A DNA stretch of 64,000 nt from Lama guanicoe (taxonomy: Eukaryota): assembly GCA_013239625.1 (NCBI GenBank), contig MU053758.1, positions 2,542,001 through 2,606,000 of the forward strand. Direction: 5' to 3'. Below, one piece after another: positions 27,842-39,429 of this stretch. Position 1 is the first letter of the stretch. Each line of letters starts with the position of its first letter. A model generated the notes under the pieces. It worked only from the letters and a program-made list of their open reading frames with translations. It was not told where the DNA came from and made no database searches. The translations under genes and the position numbers were made by a program.

Positions 27842-30048
27842 CACTAGGTTTCTAGAATATACATTTTTAAAAAAATCAAAATATCTATGGTAAGGGAAAC
27901 AAGTAGATTTAAGTTAAATCTTTACACCTTTTAAAAGTTTTTTTTCCAAATATTTTGTTTCTCAAACAACAATTCTAGTTGGGTAAAGACTTTCCCCCCT
28001 ACAAATTTAGTCTGTCTTTCCACAAGAGAAAAATAAAATGAGTGTTTCTAATTTTTCTATAACATTTCTAAGAGTTGGAAAATTAGAAAGATGCACATAA
28101 CATTTTAAAATAAGCATGATTATTTTATATTCTGAATTTAAAACATTCCAAGTCTGGTCTTAGTTTCTAAAACTTTTTAGAGGACAACAGAAAGATGCTT
28201 CCACTAAACTTAAATAGACTAGGATCCTCTAAAGCAGGCTTTAAAGTTATTTATAATAATTATTACATTATAGCTAAATTTCCCTAATTTCCTTTAAAAG
28301 TATAATCCTAACTCTAGTCTTAATGCTTCTCTATGCTGAATATGGCAGAGGTGCCTTAATATATATTAAGATACATTATTAGATATCTTTTACCAGGCAA
28401 TGCTACTTTCCAATTCTATTATTTTATAATTTAGCATAAATTTGTATATAATGATCATAAAATAATTTGTATATAATATCATATTATATCTTTTTAAAAA
28501 GCAGGGGCCAAACCTTTCCAAAGGTATATGACCCAGATTAGACGCCAGCTTTACATTACACTGCAGTACAGTAATCAGTTTGGTGCTTAATCATGAAATA
28601 ACAGATGAATCTTTCAATGCTAAAGTTAGCCTATTCATTTCTAAGTCAGGCTTAGTGGAAAGAACTGTTTCTTCTCTTTCCCAAATTATTTAGAATGATT
28701 GACTATATCTCCTAGTCTCTACCACAAACACCATGACACTCCCAGACCCCTAAAAACTAAGGAAACCCACAGATACACCATTAATCCATGGACAGAGAGT
28801 TGGAGGTAAGGTGACAGTAACGGCATAGATGTCATAGCAGCTGAAGGTGACCCTTGGAAGCACTTCTGAAGCAGGGTCCAAACACAGAGGTCAGGAACCT
28901 ATTGTGTGGGTTCCTAGGGATGTGCTGCACCACATGACTTTTTACAACATTTGTTTTCAATTCTTATTGTTGAATGGAATTATTTGGTTTCTTGTCTCTA
29001 TTTGAGCATTTAATCTGTTTTTCCCCCCGACTACCCAAAAACATAAAACTCTTAGGCTACTTCAGAACCCAGAGCAAATTCTAACATAAATTATAAATTC
29101 CCAGACCAAAAGTTGTAAAGGGATCATTATTTTAAACCTAAACTTCATGGTGTTACCTACCAGAACGTAGAAACCTAACTCAGAAATGTGCAAGCCAAAG
29201 GCACAGTTGTCATCTGCCTCATTCTGAGTGTGTCTCCAGGGATGTCACCTTCAAAAAGTTGCATGAAGCTGATAGAACACCATATGCCTTTCCTCAGCAC
29301 AAATGACCACATCCTGTGCCAGGCAGCATTTTTCAGTCTCTGTGGTTAAGAACTGGTACAAATTAATGTATAGCTAGGCAGAGCTGGAATGTTAGTTGAA
29401 GCTGTGATTTGAATCTCAGAAGTTTTAGACATAGAACTCCATTTCTTGGTCCCTTAAGAATCTAAGACAAAAGAAGAAGATCCTGGGAAATGATTTTTGT
29501 CTTTTTCTTTTCTTCCTTTAAGGAAAAAATTTTGGGGTGTGTGTGTATTTTTTTTACCTTAACAAATATTTATTGCACATCTACTATGGGCCAAGTACTA
29601 TTCTAGGTCAGCAAATACCAGAGTGAAAAAGAAAGCTCAAGATTCTGGGTCATGAAGGGTGGAGTGAGAGACACAATAAGCAAATAAACAAAACTCTAAA
29701 ATTATCTGTTGCAAGTGGCAGGCAGAGAATCAAAATAGGCTATTGTGTCAAAATAGAGACTGGGTTGTCAAGGAAAATCTCTCAGAAGAAATGACAGTAA
29801 GATGAGAGCTGAGTGATATTCAGAAAGCAATAGTGATAAGATTTGTCAATATAAATATTTGCATAAATTTCTGTAATGTTAATATAAATATAGTGCTTGA
29901 AATAATACAAAATAATACAAAAAATACAAAAAAATACAAAAATAAAAAAGCCTGGAAGTATGCTGCAGTGCTAATACAGACTACATTTGGGTGGTAGGAC
30001 AGAAGTGGGCTTTTCTTTTTTCTTTCTACTTCTATGAACTTTCCAAAC

Positions 30049-30779
30049 TGTGGTAAAATACAAAAATATATTTAGTCTTTGTCCCCAATTCCTTACACAG
30101 TTCCTAAAACCCTTGAAATTTCCTGAGTGGCAGGTGTGTCTTTTGCTAATCAAAACAAGCCCTGTTTTATCACACCTGAGTTTATGCTACTGAGGTGACT
30201 TAGTGTGGGGCCCCTACACAGCCTCAGGTCACCAGAAAGACCAAGTGATTAGAGGGTTGGGACTTTCAGCCCCACCCACCAACCTCCAGGAAGGGGAAGA
30301 AGGACTGGATATTAAGCTCTATAAAAACTCTTGAACCGTTAAGATTCAGAGAGCTTCTCGTGAGGACATCAAGGTGCTGGGAGGGTGGTGCCCCCACAGA
30401 GGGCATGGAAACTCCACACCCTCCCAGCCCATACCTTGCCCCACACACCTCTTCCCTTTGGCTTTTCCTGAGTTGAATCCTTTACAATAAACCAGTAACA
30501 GTACGTAACGTGCTTTCTTAAGTTCTGTGTCATTCTAGCAAATTATCTAACCTGAGGGGTGGTTGTGGGAAATCTTGAATTTGTAGTCAAGCTGGACAAA
30601 AGTGCAGGTAATCTGGGGACCTGGTACTTCCAATTGGTGTTTGAAGTGAGGGCTGTCTTGTGGGATTGAGCCCTTAACCTGCAGGTTGGTTCTGCACTAA
30701 CTCTAGAAGTTAGTATCAGAGTTGTCTTGATGGTGAATTGGTGTCTGGAGAATCAGTTGTTGGTGTTGGAAATCAAAGA
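30049..30779 (+). repeat. 5' LTR (MER21-like)
   Basis: Starts TG after the TSD; aligns with 35944-36692; TATAAAA 30320-30326 and AATAAA 30486-30491. Confidence 0.88.
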
Positions 30780-30781
30780 AT

Positions 30782-30799
30782 AGGTGTCAGGAGTGGGAT
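30782..30799 (+). other. Primer-binding site, tRNA-Leu
   Basis: aGGTGTCAGGAGTGGGAT is a 17/18 match to TGGTGTCAGGAGTGGGAT, the complement of the tRNA-Leu(CAG) 3' end, and lies immediately after the 5' LTR. Confidence 0.85.
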
Positions 30800-31760
30800 T
30801 TGCTAGAACAGTCCTGGCTCATGGAAACGTCGTTTGGAAGAAAAAACAGAGAATGAAGAATTTCTGATCATTGTCCACATGGTCACCTATGTTATGGAGC
30901 AGCAGTTGCGTTGTGATCAGTTACTAAAGTTAAAATTACCAAGGGTATTCAGAGATTGATCCAACACTTGGGAAGTTGACTTACTGGATATGTAAGGAAA
31001 TGCAAACTAATTAGAAAAAAGTGAAATGTATAATTCTTTGGTTACTGTTATCTGCAATAGCTAAAATGAAATGAAAAGAGACTTCTGGGTCAGGCCTTAA
31101 TGATGGACTAAGCTCAGATTTCAGTTGCTCTGTGCTTCAGACACCAGGCTCAGAGCTTCCCAAAGGGAAAAATTACATGGGAACAGCAGAGTGCTTCCCC
31201 AAAGGGAAAAATTACATGGGAACAGCAGAGTACCTCTAAGACTTCTGGTCATCAAGAAGGTAGTTCATGCAGGGGGAGGGCAAGACCAAGAAACTACCGA
31301 AGCCAGGGGGACAGTGTGAAGGAGTTGTCTCATTTGGTAACTCAGTATTGTCAGCTTCCTGAAGAACCTTCACTAAAATGGATAGTGAGAGTGATGAATT
31401 TAGGGGCATGGTCTTTAGTTTTGAATGCTACAGAGTGGAAGGGCATGATTGGGTTGATACAGGACCCACAGCTCACTAGGGAATGATCGCGGCTGGTTAT
31501 ACATGATACAGACATACAGCAGGTTTTTCCTGAGGAAATAGCCAGCCTGATGGTCTGGATAAAAACCACCGTAAGTCTGTCTACCCTGAAAAGGAGGACT
31601 GTCCAACTCCCTCTATAAATGCCAAGCGGAACAACCCAGATGAAGCAGCTGACATGTTTCATATGTAAGCCATATGGGATTGGCTTTATGAAAACCAAGA
31701 TATTCACTCACTGAATAGGTCTATTACCCAGGTCATGGTAAATGCTGTGGATTAAGGGGA

Positions 31761-32397
31761 TGTTCTAAGCATGTACATGTTGGAGAGTATGGTAAAGTTG
31801 GTGTAGCCACAGGAGGAGTTGAGAACAAGGCCTGGCAGGAAGAGTTTATTATACCCACAGAGCCCACAGAGGGGGTCACCACATACCACGCAGGGTCAAA
31901 GGGGGAAGCACCAGTGTCAGTCAGGATGCAGAAAAGAAGAAGGGAAATCCCAGGCTAGAGTCTTTATTGGAATTTCTGAGAAAAGGCAAAGTAGGCAGGA
32001 TAAATAGTTTAGCATTGGAGGGTCTGAATAACTTCAGCAGGCTTCAGGACACAGGAGTGGTCTCTAGTTGTCTGGTACTTGCCCTGGGTTGTTTTCCAGC
32101 AGGGGAAATATTAGCTAGTGCATGAGATTTAGATAGGGAGATGGCTGGGGGGCAGGGGGTACAAACTCTAAATTGATTGGTTTCTATATGAAAAATGTGT
32201 TCCTGGCCACGCCTTTTGCTATCCCTAAGAACTGGCCATCCCTGGGAAGGGTGTCTTTCTCTGAGTCTGTAAGACTCCCAAACATCAAAGTACCAAAAAT
32301 ACAGAAAATAAGAACATACAGTTAATATAATTGGCCCTGTGATGAATAGAAGCCAAAGAGACAAAGAGAAGTTAAGAAAACACAAAACAGTAGAACT
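31761..32397 (-). mobile_element. Solo LTR (MER77/MER74-like, ERV-L) nested in the gag region of the provirus
   Basis: Interrupts gag-like sequence; terminal inverted ends TGTTCTA...TAGAAC; minus strand reads tcatcacagggccaattatattaactgtatgttcttattttctgtattttt like the recalled MER77 5' end; no clear TSD. Confidence 0.65.
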
Positions 32398-33019
32398 TTT
32401 TTTTCGTGGGGATCCCAGTCAACATCACTGCTGCAAAATCAAGCAACAATCAGAGAAGCCTTATTGAATCTGCTATCTCAGCTTCCCCTCTTGGGTCTTT
32501 CAGATGCTAATAAAAACATTAGGTTAATTAACAAGAAAATGAGGAGAGGCAGAAGGGAGAGTCAAGGGAACCATCCCAGCAAGGTGGAAAATTGTAAATG
32601 GTTACTAAGAAATAAGATGAATAAAGGAAACATTGATAGGATCAAAATAAAGAAGAAAAACAAAGGGGAAAGTCAAAGGACTCACCTCAGCAGGGTGACA
32701 ATATTTAGATAGTTATTAAATGGAATAAATAAAATGGACATTGATGGAGTTGAAACAAAGGTGTTAGTAATACAGCACTATGGAAGGTTGGGTGGACCAA
32801 AGGGACCCACTGTTTGTTCCCTTACATTAAAAGGCCCCAAATAAGTCCACTCTATTCACTCCAGTGTAGAGGAAAATAAAAATCCAGAGGGCAAAGACTG
32901 CAATGAGAAATCTGACCAGAAACTGTCCAGGGCAGTAGTCAGGCAGATTCATCTTTGTCATGACAAAAGAACCAGGGTCCCTTGACTCAGCCTCTCACTA
33001 GGGTCCCAAACCCTTTGCA

Positions 33020-35540
33020 CATGAAAGGGTAAAATGGTCAGGGAGTGGAGAAGAAAAGTTTCTGGAACTCCCTGACATGGGTGCCTCATGCCCTGTGGTA
33101 CCCAAACTTGTTAGTGAAGCCCTAAAGGGGGCTTCAATTAGATTGACAGAATATCGAAATGCAAGGTTGATAGGATTAAGGTGGAGGTTTGGATGAAAAT
33201 TGGGATGTTTTAAACAGGCTATATAAAGAAGTTGTGTCTCCTTTACCAGAATGTTCTATGAGAATGGACAGTATGTCTGACTGGGGAACATCTCTCTTAC
33301 CTAATATTGTAAAACCAAAACCTGTTGATGATGTCCTAATGCAGGTTACAGTCAGGAATACAAAGGCTGATGGATTAAGGTGAAAGTCTGGAGGAAAACT
33401 GGCATGGCTGAAGTGGTCTTATCTCCTTTACCTGAATGACACATTCAGGTAACGTCCATGGGGATGGACGTTTTATCTGACTAGGGAGCTGGTTCTGTAA
33501 AACAAGAGGCATGTAAATCTATCCTTTTAGCAATATTAATTGGACAAGCTAAAAGGGAATGGCTAAGATTGCCCAAGTCCACACAGCAGAGAAGAGAAGC
33601 TGGAGTGCCGGTGCGGACAAATTCCGTGTGATAGTTCTACATGGAGCATAGATTGGGGCTCATGGCAAAAGCCTGCAAGCGCTTCCCAAGGACAATTATT
33701 GGGATGATGGAATAGAGAATTTCTATTTGAGAGGCAATTAGCAGGCTAACATCAGACATTAACTGAAACTGCCCTTATGATTTCAGGACAAAAAATAACC
33801 TTAATATCTGAAATACCCATGATGTCTTAGGTGATGTCAGAAAAATGCTCTAATGGGGAGAGCAGTGCCCAGACGAGCTCCATAATTAAATAGAAATGAT
33901 TTATACAGGATTATGCTACACGGGGAATGCAAAAAGGAGATTCTCACAAGTAAAGAGCCCCCTTTTTCCCAGTACTGACTTTGGAACTGCGCGAGGAGCT
34001 GTTGGATTCTATCATTACTTGGACAGTGCCCTATAAACAGCTCTCGACTGACCAACAAAGAGCTGCTTGGTTCATGGATGGCAGTTCCATGGCGAATGGC
34101 CAATATCCGGTTTGGAAGACTACCACTCCAATTGAAGAAGTAAAAACAAATCGTTTGGTGGGATGAATTACAAGCTGTTTTCCCAGCAGTGATGGAAGAA
34201 TTGGACAATAATAAAAGCCTCTATGTTTTGGTTTTTATCTGACTCATGAATGATGGCCAATGGCCTGCCAATATTGACAGGCAGAGGGCAATGGAAATCT
34301 GATCTATTAAAGGGATGTCCATATGGGGCAGAGTCCTATAGAAATCACTATGGGAATTTGAGGAGTACATTGAAGTAGGACAGGTTGATGCCCATCAGAA
34401 GAACCCCCTTCCAGGTTTGGACAGTGACCAATAACAAGTGCATATTACAGTGTATTAACTTGAAGAGGGCACCTGGGTCCATGAAACAGATAGACATTTG
34501 GGGACCAAAGCAGCACAGAGGGCTGAATCTGGACATACGGCTTTTGCACCCTCTGCGGCTCAAAATGCCAACAAGAACTGTTCTAGAAGAAACAGAGGCT
34601 GTAGATGGCAATGGGGGAGATTCCTCAGGGGAAGACTTCACGCATAGCTGGCAAGTGGATTACCCTGAACGAATGCCAGTAGCCTAGTGGGGCTACACAT
34701 GGCTCTGCACAGAATAGACACTGACTCTGGACTGGGCTTTGCTTACCTGGCGGTAGATGCCAATGACCAGCGTGCTATAAAAGAACTGAAACAGAAGATA
34801 TTGCACCAGTCTGGGTCACCAAATCACATTTTTTCAGACCAAGGGACATACTTTACAACTCATGATGTCAAACAATGAGTGAGCAGAGAGAGATTCTCCT
34901 GAGAATAACAGTTTCATAGAGAACTGGACTAGGCAGTGGAAACATGGGTTGTTTAGAACAGGGGGAGATGTAGACAGGAAGGGCTGGTTTACATGTCTTC
35001 ATGAGTGTGTGTTCACACTCAACATAAGAGGGGCTACGGCAGTGCTGTCCCCACTAGACAGATCCCTCTGTCCCTCTGGTGGATCTGGGGAAGAGGGGGT
35101 GGGGACAGGCTGCTAGTATGACTGTGCAATTTTCCCATGGGAGGAAGATAATGACATGGTTCTTCCCAAGGGGAGAAAACACTAGTATGATAACTGTACT
35201 TTTTTTTCCTTCCCCACATATCTCAACTTTCTCTTTCCTATCTGATGCCCTGTGGTCACAGGACTGGGGCATAACTACAAGAGCCCGAAATAGGGATGAT
35301 TCCTAAGCAAGAAACTGTAACTATAGATTTAAACCCTTATGTCAGAATTCCTAAAGGCCTGAAAGGGTGGGCTGTGCCTTCACTCCATTTGGTAAAACCG
35401 AGGTTAACACTGAATGCAGCTATTGCTTGGCGGTAAAAATAGCCCACTCGTTCTGTACCTAAGTAACTCTATGTATCGGAATAGAAGTGAACTGAAGGGG
35501 AAGTAATTACTAGACTAGTATTATTGCCTGAAATCTAGAC
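33020..35540 (+). pseudogene. Degenerate ERV-L pro-pol remnant (protease, tether/RNase H, integrase, possible dUTPase)
   Basis: Protease FLELPDMGASC (33059 on; DTG changed to DMG); RNase H WTVPYKQL...AWFMDGSS (ORF 33981); integrase SWQVDY, IDTDSGLGFAY and SDQGTYFT (ORFs 34385, 34687), all resembling ERV-L motifs. Confidence 0.85.
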
Positions 35541-35943
35541 CAGCACAGTGGCTGAATCTAAAGCTCCTCTCAGAGGTGGAAAAATTTAGGTATAAATAAA
35601 TGGAGAGAAGGAGGAATAGTAGTTGAGGGTCAAGGAATGAATCAATGGGTTATGTAATAGATGAAATCCAATTTATATTACAGTCTCAAGAGGGGCTCAG
35701 AGCAAGGGAATAAGGGATGCTAGAGAAGTTGAAACCATGTATTGCTGAGACCACGGCTGTCTTTGGAAGCTGACAAGATCAAATGGAAGCCTGCAAATCT
35801 GACTGGTCTCACCCTGGGAGACATTTTCATATGTCTGACGATATGAAATGATGATAGACTGGACTAATTATTACAGACTGAATGTGACTCTAGTAATGTG
35901 CCAGTATCTTTTGACTTTTATGATCCTTTTGCTGTAAGAAATT

Positions 35944-36692
35944 CATGGTCAAAGACAAAATATATATTTGGTCTTTGTCCCAGGTTCCTGGCACAGAGTT
36001 CCTAAAACCCTTGGAATTTCCTGAGTGGTAAGAGTGTCTTTTGCTCTTCATAACATGCTCCTTTCAATCACACCTGAGTTTATGCTACTGAGGTGACTTA
36101 GTGTGGAACCCCTAGACAGCCTCAGGAAGGGCTGGTCACCAGAAAGACCAAGTGATTAGAGGGTTGGAACTTTCAGCCTCATTCACCAACCTCCAGGAAG
36201 GGGAGGGAGGACTGGATATTAAACTCTATTAAAGCTCTTGAACTGTAAGATTCAGAGAGCTTCTGCAAGGACATCAAGGTGCTGGGAGGGTGGTGCCCCC
36301 ACAGAAGGCATGGAAACTCCACACCCCCCCAGCCCATACCTTGCTCCACACATCTCTTCCCTTTGGCTTTTCCTGAGTTGTGTCATTTACAACAAGCCAG
36401 TAATAGTAAGTAATGTACTTTCTTAAGTTCTATGAGTCATTCTAGCAAATTATCTAACCTGAGGGGTGGTTGTGGGCAATCCTGAATTTGTAGTCAAGTT
36501 AAAAAGAAGTGCAGGTAATCTGGGGCCCTGGTACTTCCAACTGGTGTCTGAAGGGAGGGCAGTCTTGTGAGACTGAACCCTTAACCTGTGGGTCCTGAAC
36601 CAATTCTAGAAGCTAGCGTAAGAATTGAATTGAATTGTTGGATGCCCAGTTGGTGTCTGGAGAATTGGAGAACTGGTGGAAAACATCCCAGA
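35944..36692 (+). repeat. 3' LTR (MER21-like)
   Basis: Direct repeat of 30049-30779, followed by the TSD CAAAC; ends ~290 bp from the IKZF3 exon 3 donor. Confidence 0.88.
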
Positions 36693-36979
36693 CAAACCTT
36701 TCCTAATGAACAAGAATTTTCATGATGGAAAAGAGTAAAATAAACACATTATTGAAATATGAAGTTAGTATAACTTGCACACTGAATAGGCACCTTAAAT
36801 TCTCAAATTCGCTATTATCCTGCAGCAAATGATTAAATGCAAATATCTGTTAAGTGAACAACACTGAATTTCTCCCAACTCAACCCACAAATGCAAGTTT
36901 CCTTGCATATTTCCTGATTTCTTCTCCAAATTGAGCCTCAACCGTATCTCTAGTTTCTGGTTTGTACACTATGGCTCAC

Positions 36980-37081
36980 CTCCTATGTCTTCATCTTCAT
37001 TGGCTGGGCCTTCTGCACCATCCACATTTTCTGTTTCATGAGGTTTGGTTAAATCGTAGTCATTCAAAAGCACTGAACCTT
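36980..37081 (-). CDS. IKZF3: Aiolos coding exon 3 (102 nt; (E)GSVLLNDYDLTKPHETENVDGAEGPANEDEDIG)
   Basis: ctcctag|AAGGTTCAG...ATAGGAG|gtgagc; phase 1-1; EGPANEDEDIG matches Aiolos. Confidence 0.95.
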
Positions 37082-38657
37082 CTAGGAGATAAAAAGAATT
37101 TTAATGATACAGTCAATTTTAAAGGATTTTTATAAACATGTATTAAGACTCCCATTTCAGCTTCACCCAATCCCTTACTGATGGATGATATCCCTTTTAC
37201 ATACCCCAAGTAGGCTCTATGTGGAACCTCTTGAGGTTTAGAAATATGCCCAGGGTTCATGTGCTTTTCCATTAGACATAATTTTCTTGAATATTTCTTT
37301 CGCCTGAGTTAAAATGCACTTAAGTTTCTTCTGCATAGAAATTCTCTCTCCTTCGGTATACCTCACAATATTCAGTAGGATGCCATTGCTAGTTATAAGC
37401 AAGAAATATTAATATAATATATAATTATACCTATTAATATAATTATAATATACAGCATAATTAATATAAATATTATTAATATTAATGTATAGCGATAACA
37501 AATAAAGTCTGAAACAAAGTTTCAAATAAAGTCTGAAAATACTGGCATAACTCAATTTGGGAAAGATGCTTTCCTGAGAGAAAGCCTGTAAGCTTCTGTA
37601 TACCAAACCCTATTTTCCCTTTCTGTTCACATTATGAATGTAATTCTGTGGAAAACATATTGGCCCCTAAGTTCCTTTACTTCTTCAAACATTTACTAAA
37701 TGTTGACAAGGCTACAGATAGGAATGTCATAATTCCGTAAGTCTTCAAAGAGCTTATACTTCGCGGATGTCAATAAGACAAGCCCACAACTATAATGTGA
37801 GACTTAGACAAGAGATAATACAAGTCTGTAATGTAGACTTGGACAAGAGATTAAGGGAAATACAAAGCGTATGCAAGTAAAAGGCAGTAGACATAACAAA
37901 AGCATGGTTAAGTAAAACAGCAAACATTAAAAATGGAGTTTAGCAAAAATATAATTTTTATAATAAATATTGATAATATTAGAAGGAAGGAAGAAGGCAC
38001 AATGTAGCTGGAATTATTTCATATCTAAACATGAGAGCTTAACAAAAAGATGATAACAAAAGAAATGAACAGAAAAGATACCCACTTCCTACCAAACTCC
38101 TCTCCAACATTCAATAAAATATTTACTGAGAACCTATTATATGCAACAAATAGTCAAAGACACAGAATCCTGTGGCGCTAAGGAGGGGCTGAAGTAGGAG
38201 AGGTGACTAGAAACTCTAGTGGATCCTTTTAGCTGCAGGCAGGACTGAACACATGAAGCAGGACTTTTACTGGAATGTAGGAGTGAAATGGAAATAGATC
38301 TCATAAAATCCATGATTAAGAGGTCCTGAAAATGTGGTCATCATGGACTCAGATTTTAATTTATAGGTAAAGTTTCCAATTTCTGCATATTATAACACGT
38401 ACTCTAATACACAAGGACTCTAAAATACTGCTCTAAACAATAGTTTACTTTTCTCAGGCCCGAAATGGTGGGCATACAGTGCGCACCTGAACAACCAGTA
38501 TGAGGTACAGTTTCAACTAAAACATAGGGTTACAGTAACACAACAAGGCATTTAAGTGGTAAATTAGCTTTGATTCAAATGAGTTAATCAATGGAGAAAA
38601 CACAGAAGTTATTCTTAGGAAATAGATTATTTTAAATGTTTATAGTTTATTCTGGAG

Positions 38658-38848
38658 CAGGGGTCAGCAAACGGTGACCCAAGGCCCAAATGCAGCCATG
38701 GCCGGTTTTCGTATGGTCCCAGGTTTTTACATTTTTAAAGGGTTGTAAAAAATAGACAGAGAAATATGTAACAGAGACCATATACAGCCTGCAAAGCCTA
38801 AAGTATTTACTATCTGGCCCTTTACCAAAAAAAGCTTGCTGACCACCA
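38658..38848 (+). mobile_element. MER58-like hAT MITE
   Basis: caggggtcagcaaac...gcctgcaaagcctaaagtatttactatctggccctttac...ttgctgacc. Confidence 0.75.
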
Positions 38849-39168
38849 TTCTTGAGTGAAAAGCACAAGTTGTTCAAATATAAGTTACTGTATTGTTCAA
38901 CAAAAACTGTTTATTCAAACCAATCAGTTGAAAAAATTTTAGAAGAAAAAGAAAACAGCGATTAACATTAGGTGGTATGATTTGGCTCCGTGATGCCAAG
39001 GAACACATGTGATCTAAATAGATGGGTTATCTTTGTATCAAGAAGAGACAATCACATTTGTTTTCCCCAACACATTTCCCAACACGTTTTTACTGCAGTC
39101 ACAATATTCCTCCTTCTTTGGTCTATTCAGTAAAGGTATATTTTTAGAGAGGAAAGACCTGACATTAC

Positions 39169-39222
39169 CTGTGGGCACAGACTGCTCCTGAGTGCTTTTC
39201 AGTTCCACATTTGGTTTTATAT
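39169..39222 (-). CDS. IKZF3: Aiolos coding exon 2 (54 nt; (D)IKPNVELKSTQEQSVPT)
   Basis: cttttcag|ATATAAAACC...CCCACAG|gtaatg; phase 1-1; peptide closely resembles human Aiolos DIQTNAELKSTQEQSVPA. Confidence 0.95.
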
Positions 39223-39429
39223 CTGAAAAGAAAAGGATTATAAATATTAGCTACTTAGAATAAATTTTTTTCAGATTTGAGCATTCTCAATTAAATAAAG
39301 ACATCGTTTTGGAAGACTTAGCAGCTGATTTCCTCTTCAGGGCTGGACTATTTTTTTCCCTATATCCTCCCTAAAAGGTGCCTCAAGGAGAATACAAGGA
39401 ATCATCTAGCCAGCAATTATATTTTAAAG

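Larger units (their letters stand above)
30049..36692 (+). mobile_element. MER21-like ERV-L (class III) provirus, decayed and non-autonomous, antisense to IKZF3
   Basis: Two ~740-bp direct LTRs; 5-bp TSD CAAAC (30044-30048 and 36693-36697); tRNA-Leu PBS; fragmentary gag/pro/RNaseH/integrase peptides with many stops and frameshifts. Confidence 0.9.

Noticed and set aside
29895..29950. (AAAATAC)-type short tandem array
   Set aside because: Simple low-complexity repeat with no spacers; not CRISPR-like.
33837..34878. Possible domesticated retroviral gene
   Set aside because: Pol motifs are spread over several frames with stops, the protease DTG is mutated and RT is missing; no long intact ORF and no env seen.
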